Shown here: positions 29,922 to 40,040 of the stretch, piece after piece
How positions within the stretch are numbered: the first letter of the stretch is position 1
Layout: every line of letters begins with the position of its first letter
Source: a virus
Taxonomy: Duplodnaviria > Caudoviricetes
Direction: 5' to 3' (one strand)
Length of the DNA stretch: 63,559 nucleotides
Virus record (IMG/VR): IMGVR_UViG_3300044776_000025
Coordinates: 1-63,559 of that record
Translations under genes and position numbers: made by a program
Notes under the pieces: model-generated
What the model was told of the DNA's origin: nothing
The model's database searches: none
What the model saw: the letters and a program-made list of their open reading frames with translations, nothing else

Positions 29922-30398
29922 TTACCTGCCCAGGTCGAAAGTTCCCCTGAGCCCGATCTTTTTATTATAAAGCTTCCAAGCATCCTTGCCTAGGTAGGAT
30001 AAATGCTCGTCCGTTTTCATACGTTTATCGAATTCATTCTTCAAGTCTTGGTCATCAAGATCCTTATTCACCTTGTCAGCCCCACCAAGTCTGTGGGGAG
30101 CACGATTTGCTAACTCCACAAAAAGATATGGGTTGGACCAGTTCGCTGTAGCGAGAATGGTAGTCACCGGGACTAAACTATAAGATGCCAGCATCTGCGA
30201 ATCCGACTGTTTGAACAGTGCATCATTCACAATATTTTCTGGCAGATTTAGCTTTCTCCGCTGAGCAAGACGATATATACAATCCTGACGTGATGGCACA
30301 ACTACCAGAGAGTCATCGAAATCCCATAGTTTAGCTAGCCACCACTTAGGCGGACCAGCCAGATGGAATTTGTTAGTATCTGGTATATAGTTGTTCAT
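29922..30398 (-). CDS. hypothetical protein
   Basis: 158-aa ORF, TAATG-coupled. Confidence 0.65.
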   Translation of the reverse strand: MNNYIPDTNKFHLAGPPKWWLAKLWDFDDSLVVVPSRQDCIYRLAQRRKLNLPENIVNDALFKQSDSQMLASYSLVPVTTILATANWSNPYLFVELANRAPHRLGGADKVNKDLDDQDLKNEFDKRMKTDEHLSYLGKDAWKLYNKKIGLRGTFDLGR

Positions 30399-30763
30399 TA
30401 CTTATCGAAGCTCACATCAAGAGGAAGCGTAGTTGTTGCAACGTCCCGAACGCTGTAGATACCATTATCACCAGGAACCACTTCTACTGGCCTAGCATTG
30501 GTCATCTTCGAGCGGTCGATTCGCTGAACCGCATTTGTCTGCTCAATTGGAGAGCAGTCATCCTCTTGTTCCTCGATTCCAACAAGATAACGCATACTAA
30601 GAGTTACTGGATCTTCCGATCCCATAATCGGGTTCTGCCTCTTTGCAGCCTCAGCAACGATTGCTGGAAGCTGATTCTTGCCTGGAGCCAAGGCTGTGCG
30701 CCTACCATCCCAAGTAACGAATAGATTCTTTGACGTACGATTTACGACAGTGAGATATTCCAT
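30398..30763 (-). CDS. hypothetical protein
   Basis: 121-aa ORF after the capsid gene; AAAGGA RBS. Confidence 0.65.
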   Translation of the reverse strand: MEYLTVVNRTSKNLFVTWDGRRTALAPGKNQLPAIVAEAAKRQNPIMGSEDPVTLSMRYLVGIEEQEDDCSPIEQTNAVQRIDRSKMTNARPVEVVPGDNGIYSVRDVATTTLPLDVSFDK

Positions 30764-30843
30764 GTGAGTCCTTTGAAAACTGCTGGGGCCAACAGTTTAA
30801 TCTGATGACCCCAAACAGAGCGATTACGATGCTAAACTGATTA

Positions 30844-32145
30844 TTATGAACCAGCAGCTCTCTGCACAACGAGGCTCTGACCAGTGATTCCATCAAGTCT
30901 GGCGCAGAACGCCGGATACTCTAGGAAGTACTGTTTCCGCATACGATACCATGCTTCGAACGCGTCTCGACCGGCAGTTCCGGTTCCAACACGCCACAAC
31001 ACGCTACCATCCTCGTCTACCCACTTGCCAGGCTCAGAGACATATTCCCTAAAGCCAGCATTGCCGAGATCGAGGAACATCATGACATCCAATGGGAAGT
31101 CACGAAGGGCTCGCACAGGAACATCACCGAATGGAATGTCACCCTGCTTGAATGCCACAGTTGCGGGATCAGGCCGCGAAAGCGAAGCACCCATATACCG
31201 ACGATCAGCATCAGTTAACTGAATAACTAGACGCCGAGTGCTGTGATGGCAGATAATGTTACTTACCTTACCATTCAACTTCTGGTCAACGATGTCAGAG
31301 ACACGCTGAATCAGGTCGGTTGAAAGCGCTCCAGTGGAGGCCGTTACGTATGAGCTATAAGCCGGAACCTGAGTTCGGTCCAGACCGAAGTAGCTCGCAC
31401 GATAGGTTCCATCGTCAACAAGTGCCATCAAGCCCCACCAAGCATGCTCGAACGAAGAATCGAGAATGTCGGTGACGGTTGAGTTTGCAACCTGAACGAT
31501 GTAGTCGTTTGCGGTCCAACCTGTGAAGGTTGAGCTATCAGCGGTGAACGTTCCACCAGTTGAAGAAACTGAAAGCACCTTACGAATCGAAGTTCGCAAA
31601 GTTCCGTTTGCTGGGTTCACAGCACCAACGAACATGCCAACCGAAATGAATCGGTTGCCGAAGTTGGTATTGGTGATACCCGCAGGATTGGCAACAGTAA
31701 CCACCGCGCCAGAGGCCGAGGTGAACGTTGCTAGAACGCCACGACCGTCTGAGTTCAAAGCGAACTCATCACGTCGCGCCATGTCGTCAATTAGGTACTG
31801 CATCTCCGACTTACGAGCACTAACGAAAGCGCCCTCACTCGAAGTAGAGTCCTGCATGACTTCCCAAGTCATTCTCAGCCGTGACATCAGCTTGCGCTGA
31901 TCCACGAATAGCCGAGAGTAACCCTGGTTCCCAGCATCGGCAAATGCTGAGTCCTCACCTACGAACATAGGTGAGACGTTACGTGAAGTATGCGCCGCTC
32001 GCACGATCTCACGCCCACGGAAAGGAACACGCTCTGTCTTGATCATGTCCCGCAGTGGGTTTTTGTTGTTTACGCCCTCGGCTACGCCTTCCTCAAAGAC
32101 TTCCTTGAAGATGGCGTCGAGAGCTTGTTTATCTGCACCAGCCAT
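30844..32145 (-). CDS. major capsid protein
   Basis: 433 aa after the scaffold; HK97-like pattern (ALDAIFKEVF, DDMARRDEFALNSDG, WGLMALVDDG, CARLDGI); biased codon usage. Confidence 0.85.
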   Translation of the reverse strand: MAGADKQALDAIFKEVFEEGVAEGVNNKNPLRDMIKTERVPFRGREIVRAAHTSRNVSPMFVGEDSAFADAGNQGYSRLFVDQRKLMSRLRMTWEVMQDSTSSEGAFVSARKSEMQYLIDDMARRDEFALNSDGRGVLATFTSASGAVVTVANPAGITNTNFGNRFISVGMFVGAVNPANGTLRTSIRKVLSVSSTGGTFTADSSTFTGWTANDYIVQVANSTVTDILDSSFEHAWWGLMALVDDGTYRASYFGLDRTQVPAYSSYVTASTGALSTDLIQRVSDIVDQKLNGKVSNIICHHSTRRLVIQLTDADRRYMGASLSRPDPATVAFKQGDIPFGDVPVRALRDFPLDVMMFLDLGNAGFREYVSEPGKWVDEDGSVLWRVGTGTAGRDAFEAWYRMRKQYFLEYPAFCARLDGITGQSLVVQRAAGS

Positions 32146-32178
32146 GTTTGACCTATACTATATTTTGCTCTAACAGGG

Positions 32179-33003
32179 TTACCCCTTGTTAGTGTTCTGT
32201 TGGTATAATGCCCAAGCTGAAGCGGCTCTCTCATCAAGATTAGCAGGTTGTGGGCCTGCTGCTGCACGAGGTGCTCCACTAGGTGTATCCTGTGGTAGTG
32301 ACTGTGCTGCCCGACCTGCTACGGTAGCAGTTGCTGCCCGACGAGAAGGGTCGATAAAGCTGGACGAAAACGCCTTCCAGAAATCCTCAACGATTGTGGG
32401 ATCATTAGCGTACCTTGCAGTCAACTCTGGAGAACTCTGAACGAATCCAACGAATGAACTGTGTAGAACACGTTTCGCTTCATCAGTCAGCGGGGTGCCA
32501 ACTGTGTCCTGAGCGTGTTTAAACAGCGAATCCATTGTCTGTCGCCCATAACTCTGCCAATAATGACTGTTCTGGGACTCTAAATCTCCTGCACGTTCTA
32601 TAAGGCCCATCAGATCATTGGCTCTCTCTTCAAGCTTAGCTAACCCTGGATAGAGCTGACCAAACTGATCTCGAACCGCCGAAACCTGAGGATCTGGAGG
32701 TGGAGTAACGCCGACTAGCCGCTGAAGTTGGTTTCGATAGTGATCCGCTTCTGCTCGAATCTGAGCCTGTTCTGTCTGGAAGCGTTCGTTTGCTTCCCGA
32801 ATTGCAGCCTCACGAGTTTCACGGATACGATACGAAGGAACCCATCCTTCTGGGGCTGCACCTGTCGCTGGTGCCTGCGGTGTGACAGTTGTTGGTATCG
32901 CAGCAACTGCCGGGGCTGCGGGTGCTGCTGGTGTCGCTGCAGCGGGCGCTGGTGCCGATGGTGTCGCTTCGGCGGGCGTTCCTGACACGTTTACGTCTGA
33001 CAT
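32179..33003 (-). CDS. capsid scaffolding protein
   Basis: Pro/Ala-rich N-terminus, VPSYRIRE, coiled coil; between portal and capsid genes. Confidence 0.7.
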   Translation of the reverse strand: MSDVNVSGTPAEATPSAPAPAAATPAAPAAPAVAAIPTTVTPQAPATGAAPEGWVPSYRIRETREAAIREANERFQTEQAQIRAEADHYRNQLQRLVGVTPPPDPQVSAVRDQFGQLYPGLAKLEERANDLMGLIERAGDLESQNSHYWQSYGRQTMDSLFKHAQDTVGTPLTDEAKRVLHSSFVGFVQSSPELTARYANDPTIVEDFWKAFSSSFIDPSRRAATATVAGRAAQSLPQDTPSGAPRAAAGPQPANLDERAASAWALYQQNTNKG

Positions 33004-33102
33004 TCTGCACTCTACCTTTGGTGTCGCGGTTAGTTCCGCGAGAGTTGTCCTCTCCTACGCAGAGGACGGAGTTATAAAACCTGATTTAGGTTGCGAAGGA
33101 AT

Positions 33103-33306
33103 TTATTTTAAAAGCGCTGCTTGTAGTGCTTCAATCCTTTGGTTTGCGATCGTTAGATCGGCTTGAACCTTAGTCATGTTGCTGTTAACCAAGACATGAA
33201 TTCTGTTAGCTTTGATACTATTGATAATACTAACTACTAAAGTTGCTAATGCAACAATAGTTGGAGGAAGAGCAGTGAGAATAATATTTAAAGTTGCATC
33301 AGTCAT
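33103..33306 (-). CDS. small membrane protein (holin-like)
   Basis: N-terminal transmembrane helix plus coiled coil. Confidence 0.45.
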   Translation of the reverse strand: MTDATLNIILTALPPTIVALATLVVSIINSIKANRIHVLVNSNMTKVQADLTIANQRIEALQAALLK

Positions 33307-35597
33307 TAAGCAGGCCCAACTTTCTGAGCGCTGGACTGGCCAGTGCCCTTTGGCTGACCTGAAACTGGAGATCCTGAGTTTCTATTCGAATTTGATGCTG
33401 CCTGTCCACCACCTGGAGCATGTGCTCCTGGTTGTTCGACAGGTTTACCATCTGGACCCACCTGTGGAGGTGGGGCCATCAACATTTGAAGCTCAGTTAA
33501 GTTTTGAGTGACTAGCATTTCAACTTCTGGGATTTTCCCAATGATTTCACGCATCTTATCGGTGTTCAACCACTTGACTCGCTGGATAAAGTGAACCTGT
33601 GGGTCCATCCAGGGTTTAACAACAAGTGGTGGTGGTCCCTGAGGAGCTTCAACCCATCGTTCGAAGGCATCCTGCATCTGCATTGCAGATTGGACGTGAT
33701 AATTTAGTGATGGAACGAGATCTGTCAAGCCAAAGTTAGAAAGTAATGCGTATCTCTGGTCTGGATCGCTAGGATCAAGCAATTGTAACTGACTTGCTTG
33801 CTCAATTGCCGCTCTTTTGCCCAAAGCTGTCTTTGGCATGTTGCTTCCATCCTCAATTTGGACAGAAACCTGACCTTGTAGCTGTGCATTCTCGAAATGA
33901 CGGAATGTGTAACCCCTATTTGGACCAATCTGAGCCCAAACACGCTGGTCTGGGCCAAATTGTCGCTCAAGTTCGAGGGCAACCTGGAACCAATCTCGAT
34001 ACATCTCACCGCGAGACTGGAAAACGCTAGTAAATCGTGATTGTGAGCGTTCTACAAGAAGCTGTAGGGCTGAGAATGCCTCTACACCACTTGGTTTCTG
34101 ACCCTTGATGATGTCAAACGCCCCTGAAAGCTCCTCAATATCCTTGATGATCTGTTCTCTGAAGGCAAATAGGGATGATGGGATATCTTGGCCAGGGATT
34201 CTTTCAGGTTTACCCTGTCCACCAGCCGCTAAGACGTTCCATTTCACGATCAAACCGGGTTCACCAGTTAGATTTTCAATCCCTGCATTCTCTGGTATGA
34301 TCCAGACAGGATTTGCCATCCTCTGAACGTTCAACTGAATCAATGAGTCGAGCTGATTGAGCTGATCTTGCTTCTGAATTAGAGGTGATAAGGCAGATCT
34401 ACCATACAATCTACCACCCATGTGCTCATACTGAGAGTGAACGAATGGAAATAGTGGATTTCCTTCGATGTCAGTGTATGGAAGTGGGCCTGGAATACCT
34501 TCCTCTGGAGCTTGTAGAAGGATTGGTCCCTTATCTCCAATGATTCTTAGGACAAGTCCCTTCTCAAATTCAGGTGTAGGACGAAGCCACAGTTCGTACT
34601 CCGTTGCACCTTCGACGGTGTGGGCACCCGCAGCGCCAAGGTACGCGAACTGTGACCCAGTACCGACGTCATTCGTCAATGCAAGAGACTTGAAGATCTG
34701 CATCGATCGATCAGCAGGGGATTTCTCCCATGTGATTCGACTGATTATCTCTGGATGGTTTGCCTCGTAATAGTGTTTATCACGCCAACGCAGTCGGATG
34801 ATATATGGAAGATCATCAAATCGTGTGATATTTGGCGGGAAAGCATATTCAAATGGAGACAGTGCAGTAGTTTTTCCCTTGCCAAATGCAACGAACTCTC
34901 CGATAGGCTTTCCATCAGGTCCCTTAGCCTTTTCTAGAAATGTTCCCCTACATTGTGGGCAATGCTGTCCAGCATCAACGACAGCTTTTGGTGGAACGAC
35001 AGCTCCACAAGTTAAACACTGTTCATGTGGAACAAATACTTTATTAAATCTTACGTCCTTGTTCCAGCTAATCTGTAGACAAGCATTCCCAGTTGTAATG
35101 AGCCAGAAATCAGCCTCTCTCATCACTTGGTCCATATCGTGTTCTGTATGGATTAGTGGAGAGATTTGGTCTGTAATTTCTGCTGCAGCAACGCTCTGGG
35201 CATCGTTTCCAATTGGACGGGCTTTAACTGATAAGTTGATAGCACCAAGATTCGTTCTGATTGACTGAAGTGTTTCAGCCATTTTATTCGTAACGGGTCT
35301 TGGAACCCACTTCTGGAGCCGCTTATCTACCCATTCCCTGCGAGTTGGATGGAACGTGATCCACTGTCTATTTGCAACGTAGTAGAGATCTCGTAACCAC
35401 TCGCGCTCCCAAATCCAGCGATACTCCATTGCTTCACGCTTCAGCTTGTCGAACATGTCAAGAAGCTTCTGCTCATCCCCATAGGGATTCTGAATTATTG
35501 GAGCCTGAAGGCTATAGTCAGGTAGTGGATTCACTCCACCTGGAGCAAGTCCTGGCTGAGCCATGCCGAATGTGTTAGGAGCTGAAGGATAAGCCAT
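33306..35597 (-). CDS. portal protein (P22-like) with zinc-ribbon insertion
   Basis: 763 aa after the terminase; YGRSALSPLIQKQDQLN, IEELSG and SALQLL patterns; CLTC...CPQC insert. Confidence 0.85.
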   Translation of the reverse strand: MAYPSAPNTFGMAQPGLAPGGVNPLPDYSLQAPIIQNPYGDEQKLLDMFDKLKREAMEYRWIWEREWLRDLYYVANRQWITFHPTRREWVDKRLQKWVPRPVTNKMAETLQSIRTNLGAINLSVKARPIGNDAQSVAAAEITDQISPLIHTEHDMDQVMREADFWLITTGNACLQISWNKDVRFNKVFVPHEQCLTCGAVVPPKAVVDAGQHCPQCRGTFLEKAKGPDGKPIGEFVAFGKGKTTALSPFEYAFPPNITRFDDLPYIIRLRWRDKHYYEANHPEIISRITWEKSPADRSMQIFKSLALTNDVGTGSQFAYLGAAGAHTVEGATEYELWLRPTPEFEKGLVLRIIGDKGPILLQAPEEGIPGPLPYTDIEGNPLFPFVHSQYEHMGGRLYGRSALSPLIQKQDQLNQLDSLIQLNVQRMANPVWIIPENAGIENLTGEPGLIVKWNVLAAGGQGKPERIPGQDIPSSLFAFREQIIKDIEELSGAFDIIKGQKPSGVEAFSALQLLVERSQSRFTSVFQSRGEMYRDWFQVALELERQFGPDQRVWAQIGPNRGYTFRHFENAQLQGQVSVQIEDGSNMPKTALGKRAAIEQASQLQLLDPSDPDQRYALLSNFGLTDLVPSLNYHVQSAMQMQDAFERWVEAPQGPPPLVVKPWMDPQVHFIQRVKWLNTDKMREIIGKIPEVEMLVTQNLTELQMLMAPPPQVGPDGKPVEQPGAHAPGGGQAASNSNRNSGSPVSGQPKGTGQSSAQKVGPA

Positions 35598-35932
35598 TAG
35601 TTATTGTAAATTGGTAGTCCGAGTTTCTTTGCTTCCTCGTCGCCCATATCATCGAAGGAGAAACTTTCAATCGGATTGGCTGGAAATACTGGCTGACGCA
35701 CAATCTCAGGGACTGGAATCTTTAGACCGTAAGCTTTCTCAATAAGTTGTGCTCGCTCAACTTCTAAAGTATTAACTCTTATTCGGAGCCAATCGAAATG
35801 ATTCTGACTAGATGCTAGTTGTAATTTGAGAGAATCCCTCTCAGCTCGGATGGCTGATAGTTCTTCCCTCTGAGCATCAACTGTTTGCTTTGAGATATGA
35901 AACCATTCAACGACTGCACTTGGAACCCACAT
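35597..35932 (-). CDS. hypothetical coiled-coil protein
   Basis: TAATG-coupled ORF. Confidence 0.6.
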   Translation of the reverse strand: MWVPSAVVEWFHISKQTVDAQREELSAIRAERDSLKLQLASSQNHFDWLRIRVNTLEVERAQLIEKAYGLKIPVPEIVRQPVFPANPIESFSFDDMGDEEAKKLGLPIYNN

Positions 35933-36342
35933 TACAGGATCCTCATGACGAGTTTACGAAGTTTGAACTTTAGCGCACCGAGTCTCGAACTGAATTTGGG
36001 CAAGGTTGACTTCTTCACATCAATGATGTCACAGTAACGGACAAATGCTTGCTGCACTCGCCATGTCAAATCCGCTTCCGTGATTGGCTTATTGTCCATC
36101 ACCAGACGAATCGGTTTAGTCGAGATATACGGGCCATCTGTTGCCGGATTGAATGGCCCATCAAAGATTTCTCCATCTCGGATATGTTGGATATGCATTG
36201 CCCAAATGGATTCTACCGACTGCTGGCTCTTTCGCCGCTCGACTCGTTTGGCTATACGGTCCACAGCAGCCTGAAACACGTCAACGATGTTGTCGTTTCT
36301 TAGTAATCCGGGACTGATTCCATAGTTTTCGAGATCTGCCAT
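35932..36342 (-). CDS. hypothetical protein
   Basis: 136-aa ORF between terminase and portal. Confidence 0.55.
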   Translation of the reverse strand: MADLENYGISPGLLRNDNIVDVFQAAVDRIAKRVERRKSQQSVESIWAMHIQHIRDGEIFDGPFNPATDGPYISTKPIRLVMDNKPITEADLTWRVQQAFVRYCDIIDVKKSTLPKFSSRLGALKFKLRKLVMRIL

Positions 36343-36349
36343 ATCGCTT

Positions 36350-37825
36350 TTAACTCCAAAAATCCCCAGTTACGCTATCCGGCTCCTCCGGCTTCCCATC
36401 AATCTTTCGCATCCTAACAATCGACGCTTGTATCTCAAGATCAAGTCCCGATATATCTCTTGGTTTCTCAGTTTCCTCAACATGCTTTGGAAGAGTTGGC
36501 CAGGTCATTACTGCATATCTCAAACAATCTGGTAACTCATCGTTGACTTTGTAGACTTTTTCTTTCCTAGCCTGGCCATCTTTTGGCGAAGTATTCTCTG
36601 CCCAACGATAAGCCTTAAGTTGTTTGATCGTTAGTGGGCAATTCTTCTCGACGAACCAAAGCTGTTTAGCATTCAACCACGATTTTACTCGCTCAGTCCC
36701 TGCTACGATATCGTTCTCAGCAGGCTGACATAACAATCCATGCTGGGCAAGCTCAATCCTTGGCTGTCGTTCGTTCTTATTAATCGCATACCGTGTAGTA
36801 GGATTATGAGCAAGCAATCGGATTGAATTTGCGTGCTGAACGAACATCTTGTCGCGTTCGAGATACTCTCCAACAACAACAAGGCCTTTATCGGTTGAAA
36901 CTAATTTCACCGCCCCGAATGGATGGTCCGCCCCAGAATCGATGCCGACAAGGATTTGTCTCCAGGGTGCAATCTGCGGCCACTCCTCAATAACCGCTCT
37001 GATATCGTCATCCGTACGGAGTACTTGAGGTTCAATAGAGCCGCCGTAAACCGCGCCGGTAAAGATGACGAAATCCGCTTCATATTCCTGGCGATACATC
37101 ACCTCCGACATCTGAGCCTTTTCACGGGCTAGGAATTCTGGGGTAATCCTTGGATTCGCACTCTCAGAAGTCTTTGCGTGACAAGCCCAATATCCAGGAA
37201 CATCATCTTCTGCTGGTTTGTACAACTCCTCATAGACCCAATCGAAACTGCGGGGAGAGGTTGTGAAAAAAGCTACTGTGTCTCCAGCAAGCGAGGGACG
37301 AATTACATCCCAGTGTGCCTTTGTCAGCTCGCAAACCTCATCAATCCAGAGCCAATCAAGTCCCTGGCCTCGTCCTTGGTCAGGATCTTCTAGGGTCTGG
37401 AAGTGGATTAGTGAACCATTCTTAAGGCGTAAATCCTTGAACTCGGAGTTCCAATCCTCAACCCATGAGTTTGGGATGAGTTTCTGGAAAGCCGGAATAA
37501 CGTATCTATGAAGCTTTGGATTTGTTGGAGCGCAAGCCCAGCCAATGGTATTAGCTATACTTGATTCTTCAGCTCCAGCGATTGATCCTACTAACGATTT
37601 GCCCCAACGTCTACCGGCTATGATTGTGAGGCGGTCGAACTTTCTAGTCCCGAGGGTACCACATTTTGGACAATTGCCAGTAGGTGGCTGCGCCAAGTAG
37701 TAGATTTCACGTCTTTTAGCTTTACTACACTTCTTGCAGTACCGTTCCTTATGAGCGTTTAAGAAGGCACTCTGGTCAGGCTGATGGAACAGCTTCTCGG
37801 CCGGGAGTGAAATCCATTTAGCCAT
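36350..37825 (-). CDS. terL: terminase large subunit
   Basis: AGRRWGKS Walker A, RGQGLDWLWIDE Walker B, TTSPR, GIDSG and DELPDCLRY nuclease motifs. Confidence 0.93.
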   Translation of the reverse strand: MAKWISLPAEKLFHQPDQSAFLNAHKERYCKKCSKAKRREIYYLAQPPTGNCPKCGTLGTRKFDRLTIIAGRRWGKSLVGSIAGAEESSIANTIGWACAPTNPKLHRYVIPAFQKLIPNSWVEDWNSEFKDLRLKNGSLIHFQTLEDPDQGRGQGLDWLWIDEVCELTKAHWDVIRPSLAGDTVAFFTTSPRSFDWVYEELYKPAEDDVPGYWACHAKTSESANPRITPEFLAREKAQMSEVMYRQEYEADFVIFTGAVYGGSIEPQVLRTDDDIRAVIEEWPQIAPWRQILVGIDSGADHPFGAVKLVSTDKGLVVVGEYLERDKMFVQHANSIRLLAHNPTTRYAINKNERQPRIELAQHGLLCQPAENDIVAGTERVKSWLNAKQLWFVEKNCPLTIKQLKAYRWAENTSPKDGQARKEKVYKVNDELPDCLRYAVMTWPTLPKHVEETEKPRDISGLDLEIQASIVRMRKIDGKPEEPDSVTGDFWS

Positions 37826-38012
37826 ACTTTGTGCCGATTAACCCCTTAAGAGCTAAGATCCCTTGCGCCCTCTTGGAGTTGTTATCTCCTCCAGGCGGTC
37901 TGGTGAATGGTTGCCCAGTAGGGGCTACAACATTCGAGTAAGGAGCCTGTAACCTTGGCTTATCATTAACCTGCTTCAGAATCGGCTCAAGGGATTGGGT
38001 ATCAGCGGGCAT
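37818..38012 (-). CDS. small hypothetical protein
   Basis: TAATG-coupled ORF. Confidence 0.5.
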   Translation of the reverse strand: MPADTQSLEPILKQVNDKPRLQAPYSNVVAPTGQPFTRPPGGDNNSKRAQGILALKGLIGTKYG

Positions 38013-38200
38013 TAGTCGTTATCGTAGTCCTCGTCGCAGTAGTCATCTGTAACGTTGAACGAGGTAGGTGGATAACGCTTTTTAGGGTCATTTGGGGCAT
38101 TCATAGCCTCATCAAACGACTCACCCTTTTTCTTGTCTGGGAAAGAGTTCTTACCTGGAGCTACGTCGCTCCGGTGTGTTTCAGGATATTTGTCAGCCAT
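38012..38200 (-). CDS. small hypothetical protein
   Basis: TAATG-coupled ORF. Confidence 0.5.
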   Translation of the reverse strand: MADKYPETHRSDVAPGKNSFPDKKKGESFDEAMNAPNDPKKRYPPTSFNVTDDYCDEDYDND

Positions 38201-38388
38201 TACTTGTGTGCCTTCTTAAGTCCTTCTACAGCTTTGGAGGCGTATTCCTTCTTACCACCCTTAGCTTCTCGTTTCTCTGACATCATGATGGCTATGGCCT
38301 GTTTACGGTTCTTAACCTTGGGACCACTCTTGGACCCAGAGTGCAGCTCACCATGCTTAAATTTATGCATTACTTCATCGTAGGGCAT
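38200..38388 (-). CDS. DUF6496-like small basic protein
   Basis: VMHKFKHGELHSGSKSGPKVKNRKQAIAI. Confidence 0.75.
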   Translation of the reverse strand: MPYDEVMHKFKHGELHSGSKSGPKVKNRKQAIAIMMSEKREAKGGKKEYASKAVEGLKKAHK

Positions 38389-38392
38389 TATC

Positions 38393-39037
38393 TTAATCCT
38401 CTGGAACTTCTGTAATTTCTACAATCTTTGGCTTGCCAACGATATGCCCTGTTACGACTTGAACCTTGCTGGGTTCGGCAGATTCGATCTTCAACGCTAA
38501 TACTGTCTGATTCCCGTCACTAATACCTTTAGAATCCTGGAACTGCTTGAAAATGGTGCCCTTAGCAGTTTCAATTGTGACCGTTTTGTCCTTCTTGTCT
38601 AGAAATTCAGAGATATTGTCAATAACTTTCGGGATAATCTCGTATTCAATCCTAGAAATTGGGTCATCATACTTAAGCCAGCCATCCCTTGTGGCCCTGT
38701 AGATAATCGAGTTTAGACCATTAGCAGTAAGTCCAAGCCGTCTTGCTACCTCAGCGTTTTTAATCCCAGGTTCCTGCTGCCTCATCATGATTAACTGGGC
38801 GACTCTATCTCTAGCTGTCCGCCCTGGAATCATCATGGGTGCATCTGCATTAATTACCTCTGCCTGTGCCTTGTCCCTATTCTTGGAACCCAGGCCGTTT
38901 CCTCCAGCTCCATTTGGCCAAGCGAGGGTTTCCGCCTTCCTACGGCGTGCAGTACATGCGTTGCATGGGCACTCTGGATTCTTGTGGAAGGCAGGTCCGC
39001 CAATTCCTTTTTTACGCGGTTTATCTGGGTTTGGCAA
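38393..39037 (-). CDS. HTH protein, probable terminase small subunit
   Basis: KNAEVARRLGLT HTH; first gene of the packaging operon; start codon uncertain. Confidence 0.55.
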   Translation of the reverse strand: MPNPDKPRKKGIGGPAFHKNPECPCNACTARRRKAETLAWPNGAGGNGLGSKNRDKAQAEVINADAPMMIPGRTARDRVAQLIMMRQQEPGIKNAEVARRLGLTANGLNSIIYRATRDGWLKYDDPISRIEYEIIPKVIDNISEFLDKKDKTVTIETAKGTIFKQFQDSKGISDGNQTVLALKIESAEPSKVQVVTGHIVGKPKIVEITEVPED

Positions 39038-39296
39038 AATATCTCAAATTCATCAAGAGCCGAAGTTGCCGACGGCTCAAGTGGGTTAGCTAAGATTTCG
39101 AGGGTTTCGATACGAGGTGGCATTGCGAGGTTCGATTACGAGGATTTTCATAGGGGGGAAAAATGGACGGGGTTTCCGCCTTCTTTCGAATATTCAAACC
39201 CCGTGGCCTAAAATTTGTCAGGAATCTCGCCGTGAGGAGGGGACAGCATCGGCGGCTACAACTGGGCGGAAAACCTGGAGAACTACTCTCAGTTAC

Positions 39297-39325
39297 ATTA
39301 TAACATAGAAATTGTCGATTGTCAA
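39297..39325 (-). promoter_or_regulatory. consensus sigma70 promoter
   Basis: Minus strand TTGACA-N17-TATAAT, perfect match. Confidence 0.85.
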
Positions 39326-39454
39326 TAGGGTTGTTGAATTACACGATTTAACGTCTAAATGAGTCTATAAAACCATTAATTATAATTACCCAACCAATCG
39401 CGATTATGATCCCCATCACTACCATTTTGTGGCCCTCCTTGAGCTTAGGAGTGC

Positions 39455-39483
39455 ATTATAACACGACTTGTAGCCTTTGTCAA
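39455..39483 (-). promoter_or_regulatory. consensus sigma70 promoter
   Basis: Minus strand TTGACA-N17-TATAAT, perfect match. Confidence 0.85.
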
Positions 39484-39529
39484 GTACCCCCCAATATATT
39501 GGTATAGTCTACCCCTTTTAGCCTTAGAT

Positions 39530-40040
39530 GACCTTTTTAAAATTTTTGAAAAATGACATAGCAGTTTGGCCTTTAGAATCAACAGTTTGGAGAATTTTTT
39601 GAAAATGACACACCCCTTTTTTAAGCGTGACACACCTGGAAGTTCTTTAGTTGCAACAGTTACCGCTTCTGTGTCACGAAAAAACACGCCCCTATATAGT
39701 ACTAATGACACAGACATAACATAGGCACTAGGGAGAACCCCTTTTAGGGGGGTTCTACCCATAGAACGTGTGCCTTTATGTTCTGCAGATTGAAATTTGA
39801 CATGGGGTGACACAAAAGGTGACACACCATCTATCCTTAATGGAGTCAACATCTTATGGGAAGTTGTGTCAAATCGATTTTGATGACATAGCAAATGACA
39901 TAGCATTGACTTTTTAAAAATTTTTTCTAGCTACCACCCCTCCCCCGAACTGACTCGAACTGACACGAGGGGCCTCCCCCCGCCACGAGCTGACAGCTTA
40001 TGACATCATACACATCTACATACCAATCGAACTGACAACA
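39530..40040. repeat. TGACA-repeat region at the strand switch (origin or packaging/terminus region)
   Basis: 15 TGACA/TGTCA copies in ~490 bp, AT tracts, hairpin 39731-39760 and C/G runs. Confidence 0.65.

Noticed and set aside
39445-39906. 153-aa minus-strand ORF
   Set aside because: It overlaps the promoters and the repeat field and has no RBS or motifs; likely spurious.
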